A stretch of DNA of 64,000 nucleotides. Origin: Nisaea sp. (GTDB taxonomy: Bacteria; Pseudomonadota; Alphaproteobacteria; Thalassobaculales; Thalassobaculaceae). A program made the position numbers and the translations under genes. The DNA is taken from positions 25,087-89,086 of the forward strand of contig NZ_JAEPQA010000005.1 of assembly GCF_017640745.1 (NCBI RefSeq), in the 5' to 3' direction. Shown one piece after another: positions 24,369 to 31,918 of this stretch (its first letter is position 1; each line of letters starts with the position of its first letter). The notes under the pieces are model-generated. The model was given only the letters and a program-made list of their open reading frames with translations, was not told where the DNA came from and did not search any database.

Positions 24369-25334
24369 TCAGGCCAGGGCCGCGGCGCGCTGCTCGGCGT
24401 CTTTCGCCGCTTCTTCGTTTCCGGCCTTGCTGTGCAGCCGCGCCAGAAGAGAGAAACTGGAAGCGTTCCCGCTATCGAGAGCGACCGCTCTCTCGGCCGC
24501 TACGATCGCGTCGTCGCTGCTACCAAGCGACTCGAGCAATACGGCGATATCGTTGAAGACCTCGCTCTCGGCCGGCGCATCCGCGAAAGCGCTCTCCAGT
24601 TCGGCGATGGCTTCGTCCCTACGGCCAAGGCGCTTCAAGAGTACGGCAAGACGGCAGCGGGATCCGATATCTTCCGGCGCGCGCTCGCGAACGGATGAAT
24701 AACAGCGTTCCGCTATCTCGAGTTCGTCAAGTTCCATCATCACATTCCCGAGCGTCATCATGGCTTCGAGATTCTGATTGTCCGCACTGATTGCCTGATG
24801 AAGAAATTCCGCCGCGCTGGGTAAATCCTCGCGATCTATTTCGAGAATTCCCCGCCAGGTGAGAAGACGACTGTTGGCGGGGTGTTTGGACAGGCCTTCC
24901 TCAAGGACGGAAACAGCATCGCCCAACTTCTTTTGCGACCGGTAGACGAGGCAGAGAGAGAGGAACGACTCCGAAATGTCCGGATCTACCGAGATTGCCT
25001 TGCGTAACAGTTCGGCCGCGCGTTCTAGGTTTCCGAGATGTAATTCAAGAGTCCCCGCATGACAGATATAGCGACCTGAATCCGGCTCGATTTCCATCGC
25101 GGATTCAAAGAAATCACCTGCGGCTTCCAGCTCATTGCACTGCATGCAGAGCAAACCGGCGAGATCCAGCGCCTGGTGGTTTTGCGGATCCCGTTCGAGG
25201 ATCTCGACATAAATGTTCCGCGCTTCGACTACTTCGCCGGCTTCATGGTGAGCGATCCCGCGCCTGAGCAGCTCATTGATCGCGTCTTCATTCTCCACGC
25301 TGGGGTCCTCCGTCGGCAAAACGCGTTTTACCAT
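24369..25334 (-). CDS. TPR-repeat protein (no catalytic domain)
   Basis: 321 aa made of repeated A..Y/F..AL...P helical pairs, for example GEVVEARNIYVEILERDPQNHQALDLAG and LERAAELLRKAISVDPD. Confidence 0.7.
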   Translation of the reverse strand: MVKRVLPTEDPSVENEDAINELLRRGIAHHEAGEVVEARNIYVEILERDPQNHQALDLAGLLCMQCNELEAAGDFFESAMEIEPDSGRYICHAGTLELHLGNLERAAELLRKAISVDPDISESFLSLCLVYRSQKKLGDAVSVLEEGLSKHPANSRLLTWRGILEIDREDLPSAAEFLHQAISADNQNLEAMMTLGNVMMELDELEIAERCYSSVRERAPEDIGSRCRLAVLLKRLGRRDEAIAELESAFADAPAESEVFNDIAVLLESLGSSDDAIVAAERAVALDSGNASSFSLLARLHSKAGNEEAAKDAEQRAAALA

Positions 25335-25419
25335 TCTTTCCTAACATACTTGGAACTCTAGGGGAAATTTCACTTCCTCCCGCTGGGAGCAGTGCTCGGA
25401 CAGAGTGATCGTCAGAATC

Positions 25420-25450
25420 AAAAAAGGCGCCAGACCTCACGTCTGCCGCC
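25420..25450 (-). terminator. Rho-independent terminator after the flaG-like gene
   Basis: The stem GGCGCCAGAC-ctcac-GTCTGCCGCC pairs at 9 of 10 positions. On the minus strand it is followed by TTTTTT. Confidence 0.6.
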
Positions 25451-25481
25451 TAGACGAAATATTTAAATGAGTATCCGACGG

Positions 25482-25868
25482 TCAAATCAGAACGTCGACT
25501 TCGGATTCCGCCGGGGACCCGGCTTCCGATTCGTTATTCGCCGCAGAGCCCTGAACAGCAGTGCTCGCCGCCGCCGTTGACTCACGTGGTTCTGGAATCT
25601 CGATTCCCAAGCCCGCAGTTTTCTGCAGCTCCTGAACCACGCGTTCCGGCGGAAACTGCCGCTTCACTTCACCGGACTGGCTATCCCGGACCTCGAAGAT
25701 CACTTTGAGCGCTTCGGAGTCGAAACGGATGACCGGGCTCAGATAAAAATCGGACTGGATGGGTTGCGCCGTAGCTACAACGCCAAAACCTGACGTCGGG
25801 TTTGACGGCGTGGGGACCGGCTGCGCAATCGATCGTGCAGCGGTCGCCCCGGATAGGATCTCGACCAT
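25482..25868 (-). CDS. flaG: FlaG-like protein
   Basis: The core LKVIFEVRDSQSGEVKRQFPPERVVQEL resembles the FlaG motif (..V.V.D..TGEVIRQIPPEE..). The ATG at 25868 has GGAG 8 nt upstream and is preferred to 25913. It lies downstream of flgK-flgL. Confidence 0.5.
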   Translation of the reverse strand: MVEILSGATAARSIAQPVPTPSNPTSGFGVVATAQPIQSDFYLSPVIRFDSEALKVIFEVRDSQSGEVKRQFPPERVVQELQKTAGLGIEIPEPRESTAAASTAVQGSAANNESEAGSPAESEVDVLI

Positions 25869-26046
25869 GACGATCTCCGTTCTGGAGTCAACTAACCTGC
25901 CTTTTGTCGGCAACTGCAGATAAATGTACTATCGCAAAAGTCAATTGTCGAGTCATTTGCACGACATGCAAAAATTTACGAAAATCCCCTTCGAACCGAT
26001 ATTTGCCTACAGGCAAACGGTTTAGCGGGGATTTAAGAGCGCAACT

Positions 26047-27048
26047 CTACAGGAAGTTCGCGAGCGACAGGCTACGCAGCGATGCGGTGGTCTGATAAGC
26101 GGCCTGAAGTTGCCCCTGGATCAACTGGAACTCGGCCGCAGCCTCGAAGGAATCGATGTTTTCGACACCGTCCAGTTGTTTGGTGAGAACCGTGTTATCG
26201 TCTTTATGCTGCCCCTCGATATCCGTCATCCTTGCTTGCGTCGTGCCGAGGGCTGCGATCATGAGACCGATATTGTCGGCCGCGGTCTCGACCCGGGTCA
26301 GCCCGTCGGTGACCAGGGCGCTGTAATCGGCATCCAGCCCGGCCGCATAGTCGACATCTGCGAAAATCGCGAAAACCTCGAAAAGCTCCTCGAACGCGTC
26401 ATTGTTAGCAAGCTCACCGAACTCGAGACGGACACCTTCCGCTGCGTCAAAGGCAAAGGGGCGAGTCTGTCCCGGAGGAAGGCCGCCGACATTGTTCCAG
26501 TTGCCGTCGGTTCCAAAGAAGGTTCCCGAGTTGGCAATGACCGTCGCGGAGTTACCTACGGCAAGAGCGGGAATCGCTGCAAACGCGTTTGTTTTCAGCG
26601 TCGTCGCATTGATGAGCGGCTGCGTACCAACCGAGGTGCCATTGAACAGATTGCGTCCCTCGGACTGCGAATTGAGCAGACTGACAAGCTGGTCGATCGC
26701 GGAATCAGCGAATTGCTTCAGCACGGGCGCGGTATCGTCGTACTTGCCTTCCTGCTGCTTGATCAGCTCGGAGCGCATTTGCTCCGCAAGATCCTGCATG
26801 CCGACCAGTGCCGCTTCCATCACCTTAGTACGGGTCCGAACCGAGTTGATCGTGTTGATGTAGGCTTCCTTCGTCTGGATCTCCTCGCGCAACTGAATCG
26901 AGATCCGGGCGTTATCGCCCGAAAGACCGCTGTAGATCTGGGAAATCTTCCCCGTCGAGACCTGCTGCTGCGCGCGTAGCATCTGGTCCTGCAGGTTCAG
27001 GATCGTGTTCTGGGTTCTGAGTGCCGTTGTCAGGGTGGCGATACGCAT
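26047..27048 (-). CDS. flgL: Hook-filament junction protein FlgL (HAP3)
   Basis: Flagellin-like termini: MRIATLTTALRTQNTILNLQDQMLRAQQQVSTGK at the N-terminus and FQLIQGQLQAAYQTTASLRSLSLANFL at the C-terminus. It follows flgK. Confidence 0.87.
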   Translation of the reverse strand: MRIATLTTALRTQNTILNLQDQMLRAQQQVSTGKISQIYSGLSGDNARISIQLREEIQTKEAYINTINSVRTRTKVMEAALVGMQDLAEQMRSELIKQQEGKYDDTAPVLKQFADSAIDQLVSLLNSQSEGRNLFNGTSVGTQPLINATTLKTNAFAAIPALAVGNSATVIANSGTFFGTDGNWNNVGGLPPGQTRPFAFDAAEGVRLEFGELANNDAFEELFEVFAIFADVDYAAGLDADYSALVTDGLTRVETAADNIGLMIAALGTTQARMTDIEGQHKDDNTVLTKQLDGVENIDSFEAAAEFQLIQGQLQAAYQTTASLRSLSLANFL

Positions 27049-27062
27049 CGTCTCACTCCCAC

Positions 27063-28535
27063 CTAGCGAATGATGTTAACGAGCTCGTCCAGCGATTGCT
27101 GGACGGTCTGCAAGACCCGCGCCGATGCCGCGAACGCGGCTTCCAACTCGATCAGCTTGGCGAGTTCCTCGTCTGTATTGACCCCGCTCTCGTCTCGGAA
27201 CGACTGGACCAGGGTATCGCGGTAGTTTGTTTCGAAGGTCAGCTGGCTCTCGAAAGTCGCGTGCTGGTTCGCCTGGAAACCAACCAGTTCCGCGGCAAAA
27301 CCCTCGATTGTATTCGTCGCCGTCAGACCGAAGCCCGAGACGAAGGTCTGGGTCGCCTGAAAAGCGTCAAGCATGGCGTTCGCAATGCGGTGGTCACCGG
27401 AACCGATCGCAACATAGGTATTCGCCGCGTCGCCGGTATTGCCGGTAACAAGGAATGAGGGCGTCCCGGTCACTGTCGGATTGACCCGGATGACTTCGGC
27501 AAAGCCCTGTTCGTTGCCAAGCGCATCCGCCGGAACGTTACCGCCGGCGTCCACGAAGAGGTTCACCACCGCAGTGGTGCCGTTGATCGTAAATGTGTCG
27601 AGATCGTTGGCCAGTTCGTGCGCGAGCGTATCGAGCTGATCCTGCGCCTCGACCAGTATGGTATCTCTAAGTCTCAGCAACCCGGCCAATTCGCCATCAC
27701 GTCCGGAAACCTCGCTCGAGATATTCGGATTCGTCGCCGTGCCCGCCAACCCGTCCTCGATCTGCAAGGGCTGACCGGCGGTCGTCGATGTAAAGAGTGC
27801 GGTTTCGGTGAAAGTCAGCGGAAATTTCGTGTCATCTAAAAGCAGCCGGCTGTCGCCGGTCAGGATCGTGAGCTCTCCGTTCGAGCGCTCGATAACATTG
27901 ATGTTCAGATATTTTGACAATTCCTGAACATACTTGTCGCGGCTATCCTCGAGATCCGCCGTCGTCCGGCCTTCTGTCTTGCGGGTCGCGATCTCGTCAT
28001 TGAGCTTTTCGATATTGGTGAGCGCATTATTCACCAGCTCGACTGTATCGGCGATCGCGCGGTCCGCTTCCTTGCGCAGGTCGGCGATCGCAGCGGTAAT
28101 CTCCTGAAACTCCTGGGCTACGGCTTCCGCAGCACGAAGGACCTCCGCCTGGTTGGCGCCAAGTTCTGGAGCGATCGACATGACCTGGATCGATTCCTTC
28201 AGGTCGGTGATCTTCGCGGAGATCGAATCATTGTCGCCCGGACGACCGAAAGCCTCGACGAGACGCTCAAGATAGGCATCGAGCACACTCAGCTCGGAGA
28301 CCGTCGCTTCCTGGGTCCGGATATCTTCCAGAAGACCTTCATTGACCGAACGTTCGATCACCCCCAGGTCCACGCCCTGCGCCTGGCCACCAATGACACG
28401 CGTCACAAGATCCTGCGACTTCCGTGTGTAATCGTCGTTCGTCGCGTTGGCGACGTTCCGTGAAACCACGTCGATGCGGGACTGGGCGGCCGACAAGCCG
28501 GATGTAGCGGCCAGAAGTGCGCTGGATATTGACAT
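27063..28535 (-). CDS. flgK: Hook-filament junction protein FlgK (HAP1)
   Basis: N-terminus MSISSALLAATSGLSAAQSRIDVVSRNVANATNDDYTRK and C-terminus VNTDEELAKLIELEAAFAASARVLQTVQQSLDELVNI are both typical. Confidence 0.92.
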   Translation of the reverse strand: MSISSALLAATSGLSAAQSRIDVVSRNVANATNDDYTRKSQDLVTRVIGGQAQGVDLGVIERSVNEGLLEDIRTQEATVSELSVLDAYLERLVEAFGRPGDNDSISAKITDLKESIQVMSIAPELGANQAEVLRAAEAVAQEFQEITAAIADLRKEADRAIADTVELVNNALTNIEKLNDEIATRKTEGRTTADLEDSRDKYVQELSKYLNINVIERSNGELTILTGDSRLLLDDTKFPLTFTETALFTSTTAGQPLQIEDGLAGTATNPNISSEVSGRDGELAGLLRLRDTILVEAQDQLDTLAHELANDLDTFTINGTTAVVNLFVDAGGNVPADALGNEQGFAEVIRVNPTVTGTPSFLVTGNTGDAANTYVAIGSGDHRIANAMLDAFQATQTFVSGFGLTATNTIEGFAAELVGFQANQHATFESQLTFETNYRDTLVQSFRDESGVNTDEELAKLIELEAAFAASARVLQTVQQSLDELVNIIR

Positions 28536-28588
28536 GGTGGCGATAACCTCCGAAGTCTCTTCGGCTAAATTGCATCACAAGACAGAAA

Positions 28589-28603
28589 GCAAAAACCGGG
28601 CCA
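28589..28603 (-). promoter_or_regulatory. Sigma54 promoter upstream of flgK (TGGCCCGGTTTTTGC)
   Basis: The minus strand reads TGGCCC-GGTTT-TTGC with GG-N10-GC spacing. It lies 54 nt upstream of the flgK ATG. Confidence 0.7.
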
Positions 28604-28668
28604 CTTCAGACTGGCCATCCCTTCTCGATGGCCTTCACGTCGCTCTTTGATTGGTGCAGCATGCTGAG

Positions 28669-30408
28669 ATGACTGGTCCTCCTTCAGCAAATCCCGTGCA
28701 AGTCTTTCAGCACGCCGCGACGCTGCACAGCGCCGGCCGGATCCCGGAAGCCTTGGCGCTGTATGAAGGCCTCGCCGCCTCCCTGCCCCAGCTCGGACAG
28801 TTCTGGCATTTCTTCGGTCTCGCCAGCTTTCAGGCCGGCGAGACCGCTGCAGCACGGGAACGTTTGCGCCGCGCTCTGCTTCTCTCACCGCAAGATGCCA
28901 ACTGCCTCAACAGGTTCGCCTGCATTTTTCTCGCCGCGAATGCGCCGGAAACCGCACGGCAGCACCTGCGGCATGCCCTCGCCCTTTCCCCGGATCATGC
29001 GGAAGCCTGTTACAATTCCGGTGAGGCGGAACGCTTGCTCGGAAACAATCCGGCCGCGCTTGCCTGTTTCGACCGAGCGACGGCCGCTCGCCCCGAGGAA
29101 GCCAACTGGCAGCTGTCCCGCGCGAAACTCCTGCACGAGCTCGGGCGTCTGCAAGACGCCCGAGCCGCCTTGGAAAACCTGGCACAGATGGGGCTCAAGA
29201 GCTCCGAGCTCTTCTTCCAAATGGGACGCACGCTCTTCGAATTCTTCGAAGCAGACAGAGCCATCGCATTTTACCGGCGTGCCTTGTTGCTCACCCCCGG
29301 ATCCGCTGAGGGCTACAACAACCTTCAGTTGGTCCTGCGATCGGTCGAACGCCATAGCGAAGCGGTAAATTCCGCCCGGTATGCCCGGACCATGCGTCCG
29401 GGCGATGCGGTCCTTGAGTATAATCTCGCCGATGCCTTGCTTGCCGCAGGCCAAATGGCCGAAGGTTTCGCGCGCTACGCTTGGCGACACCACAAGGACG
29501 AGGTCCGGATAGAGCGGCGCTGCCTGCCTCCTGAATGGGACGGCCGGCCGGCAACAGACGACAAAGCCCTCCTCCTCTGCCATGAACAGGGCATCGGAGA
29601 CGAAATCCGCCTTGTCTCCTGCGTCGCCGACATCACGCGCCGGTACAACGGCAGGATAGTCCTGGAAAGCGATCCGCGTCTGGTAGCGCTGTTTGAACGC
29701 TCATTCGAGGGTGTGGAAGTTGTCCCGAAAATCGCGCAGATGAATGGTATCGCGCCGGGCGCGGACTACAGAACCCTCTGCACTGAGCGGCAGATCGGCT
29801 CCCATATCATGCTCGGCGACATGCCAAGATACGTACGACCGGATTTGAATGCATTTTCGGAGGTTCCGGGTTTTCTGACGCCCGATCCTGAGGAACGTGC
29901 GCAATGGCGCGGTCGGTTCGATGTGGCCGCGGGAGGGCCTGCCGTCGGGTTCTGCTGGCGCAGCGGGATGCAGCGCCCCGGCTGGCGCCACAACGACATG
30001 AGAATTGAGGATCTCGTGCCGCTCTTCAGCAGATCGGGCATCCTTCCGGTGTGCCTGCAATATGACGAACACGAGACAGAGCTCCGGTCCTTGGAGCAAA
30101 TGACGGGAAGGAGGGTCTTCCGCCCCGAGGGGATCGATCAACGAAATGAACTCGACCGGGTCGCCGCGATGGCCTCCGCACTCGACTTGGTGGTTTCAAC
30201 CAATACATCCGTACTGCTGATCGCCGGAGCTGTCGGAACGCCGGTCATTGGATTGCATGCGGCCCGCGGAGCGTTATTCCTTGGCGCCCGCTCCAACCCC
30301 TGGCTTCCGAGCGAACGGAGTCTCGTCAAGGGCGGCAACCGGTCTTGGCGGACGGTAATGGAAGAAGCGATCGCTACGATGGAGCAGATGCTGACCGCGA
30401 AACGCTAG
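28669..30408 (+). CDS. TPR + GT-B (GT9/heptosyltransferase-like) bipartite protein, FlmG-like putative flagellin glycosyltransferase, paralog 1
   Basis: The N-terminal half is TPR. The C-terminal half carries the blocks HEQGIGDEIRL, GFCWRSG, GIDQRNELDRVAAM and LDLVVSTNTS, which are shared with the two paralogs at 31919 and 42101. The first in-frame ATG is at 28669; the tracked ORF starts at TTG 28651. Confidence 0.65.
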   Translation: MTGPPSANPVQVFQHAATLHSAGRIPEALALYEGLAASLPQLGQFWHFFGLASFQAGETAAARERLRRALLLSPQDANCLNRFACIFLAANAPETARQHLRHALALSPDHAEACYNSGEAERLLGNNPAALACFDRATAARPEEANWQLSRAKLLHELGRLQDARAALENLAQMGLKSSELFFQMGRTLFEFFEADRAIAFYRRALLLTPGSAEGYNNLQLVLRSVERHSEAVNSARYARTMRPGDAVLEYNLADALLAAGQMAEGFARYAWRHHKDEVRIERRCLPPEWDGRPATDDKALLLCHEQGIGDEIRLVSCVADITRRYNGRIVLESDPRLVALFERSFEGVEVVPKIAQMNGIAPGADYRTLCTERQIGSHIMLGDMPRYVRPDLNAFSEVPGFLTPDPEERAQWRGRFDVAAGGPAVGFCWRSGMQRPGWRHNDMRIEDLVPLFSRSGILPVCLQYDEHETELRSLEQMTGRRVFRPEGIDQRNELDRVAAMASALDLVVSTNTSVLLIAGAVGTPVIGLHAARGALFLGARSNPWLPSERSLVKGGNRSWRTVMEEAIATMEQMLTAKR

Positions 30409-30423
30409 CGGGTTTGCCGCCGG

Positions 30424-30798
30424 TTAGCTTGCCTCTGCGAGCCTGAACTGATCCTGCAAGCCTTCCATGATCTGCCGGTTCACATTGATCATGGCCTCCA
30501 ATCCGGCCTTCCCCTCGATCGCCAGCTCGGTTTCCTTCGCGACCCAATGCGCAAGCTGAATCAGGCTGCTTTTCAGGCCCACGGGCAATCTGTTGCCCGG
30601 TTCGGAGAGGTCGCACAGAAAAGCATCCCATACCTTTCCATTCCAGAGAACGGCATTGAGCCGGTCCTGGAGATTGGCGTCTGGTTCCTTTGCCTTGAGA
30701 AGCGCGCTCGTGACCTGTCCGAGCAGTCGGTATTCCACCTGCTGATGGCTTTCGGTCTGCGTCTGGACGCTCTTGTATGCGGCATATCCCTGGCGCAT
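30424..30798 (-). CDS. flaF: Flagellin synthesis/secretion regulator FlaF, copy 1
   Basis: Contains YAAYKSVQTQTESHQQVEYRLLGQVTSAL..NAVLWNGKVWDAFLCDL..NRLP..LKSSLIQLAHWV, the FlaF family pattern. The ATG at 30798 has GGAGGAG 7 nt upstream. Confidence 0.82.
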   Translation of the reverse strand: MRQGYAAYKSVQTQTESHQQVEYRLLGQVTSALLKAKEPDANLQDRLNAVLWNGKVWDAFLCDLSEPGNRLPVGLKSSLIQLAHWVAKETELAIEGKAGLEAMINVNRQIMEGLQDQFRLAEAS

Positions 30799-30831
30799 CT
30801 CACGCTCCTCCAACTTTCACGCTGCCGGCTC

Positions 30832-31650
30832 TTACTGGAAGAGCCCCAGAAGAACCTGCGGCGCGTTGTTGGCAACGCCAAGGACCTGCACACCGAGCTG
30901 CTGGCGAACCTGAAGCGCAGTGAGCTGAGCGGATTCCCGAGCGAGGTCGGCATCGACGATATTGCCAAGGCCTTCTTCGGTCGCATCGCTGACCGCGGTC
31001 AGGAACTCGGTCTGGAAATTAAGCGCCCGGGTATCGGCACCAAGCTGGCCGAGTGCGATGTTGATCGTCGATTCCAGGTTGGAATACTGTGCCGTCAGAA
31101 CGCTCTGCGCATTGGTCGCGCTGGTCAGCGTCGCGCCGCCGAGCGAATTGATTTCGGTCAGCAGGTTGCGGGCACGCAGCGTGATCGTGTCGTTGTTGAG
31201 GTTCGACAGCGTGTTCACCGACGTCGACGTGTTGAGAACATTGATCCCGTTGAAAACAGCGTTTGTGACGAAGTTCCGCGCCTGGGACATGAGCTCGTTG
31301 AAATCGTCGGTCAGAATGTTGCGCTGCTGCGTGGTGATGCCCTCGTTGGAGAGTTCCGTCAGCTTTTGCCGTACATCCTGCAACAGATTGGAGATCGATG
31401 TCGTGCCGGCGAGTGCGACCTGCGCGATGCCCTTCGTGTTGTTCAGCCCTTGCTGGATCGCGCTGAGAGCCCGCAGGTCACCACGGATACCCTGCGCGAT
31501 CGCGAAGTTCGACGCGTCGTCCTCGGCACCGGAGACTTTCAAACCGGTGGAGACCCGGTCCTGAGTCTGCGCCAGAAGGTTGTTGGTCCGCTCAAGGTTG
31601 CGTAGCGCGACCAGAGCCTCCGGGTTCGTCAGAATCGAGTTGCTAACCAT
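30832..31650 (-). CDS. Flagellin (short, ~272 aa, Caulobacter-type), copy 1
   Basis: N-terminus MVSNSILTNPEALVALRNLERTNNLLAQTQDRVSTGLKV..ASNFAIAQGIR and C-terminus NIVDADLARESAQLTALQVRQQLGVQVLGVANNAPQVLLGLFQ are both typical. Confidence 0.94.
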   Translation of the reverse strand: MVSNSILTNPEALVALRNLERTNNLLAQTQDRVSTGLKVSGAEDDASNFAIAQGIRGDLRALSAIQQGLNNTKGIAQVALAGTTSISNLLQDVRQKLTELSNEGITTQQRNILTDDFNELMSQARNFVTNAVFNGINVLNTSTSVNTLSNLNNDTITLRARNLLTEINSLGGATLTSATNAQSVLTAQYSNLESTINIALGQLGADTRALNFQTEFLTAVSDATEEGLGNIVDADLARESAQLTALQVRQQLGVQVLGVANNAPQVLLGLFQ

Positions 31651-31768
31651 TTCCAGTGTTCCTTCTCTCTTTGCGCCGCCCGTCTACCCCGGATCCGGAC
31701 CAGTTCTTGGCCTCGGCGATTTTTGCCGGGTGAATCGGACGGCGAACCACTGTCTCGGCCCATTCGAC

Positions 31769-31783
31769 GCAAGAGCCGGGCCA
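31769..31783 (-). promoter_or_regulatory. Sigma54 promoter upstream of flagellin copy 1 (TGGCCCGGCTCTTGC)
   Basis: The minus strand reads TGGCCC-GGCTC-TTGC with GG-N10-GC spacing. It lies 119 nt upstream of the ATG, which implies a long 5' UTR. Confidence 0.68.
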
Positions 31784-31812
31784 GTTCCAGAAAAAGAACC
31801 AACACTCGGATT

Positions 31813-31827
31813 TTAAATGATTTTTAA
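31813..31827. promoter_or_regulatory. Perfect TTAA-N7-TTAA (CtrA-type box, or AT-rich bending site) upstream of the flagellin-1 sigma54 promoter
   Basis: Reads TTAAatgatttTTAA, 30-44 bp upstream of the -24 element. CCCGGCAG at 31878-31885 lies further upstream. Confidence 0.4.
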
Positions 31828-31918
31828 GTCCCCGATCATTTGAAACCGGACCTATTCAGCCGGATCTCAGTCGGAAACCCGGCAGGAAATACCAAGTTTG
31901 ACCGGACGTTCTTTCCGG

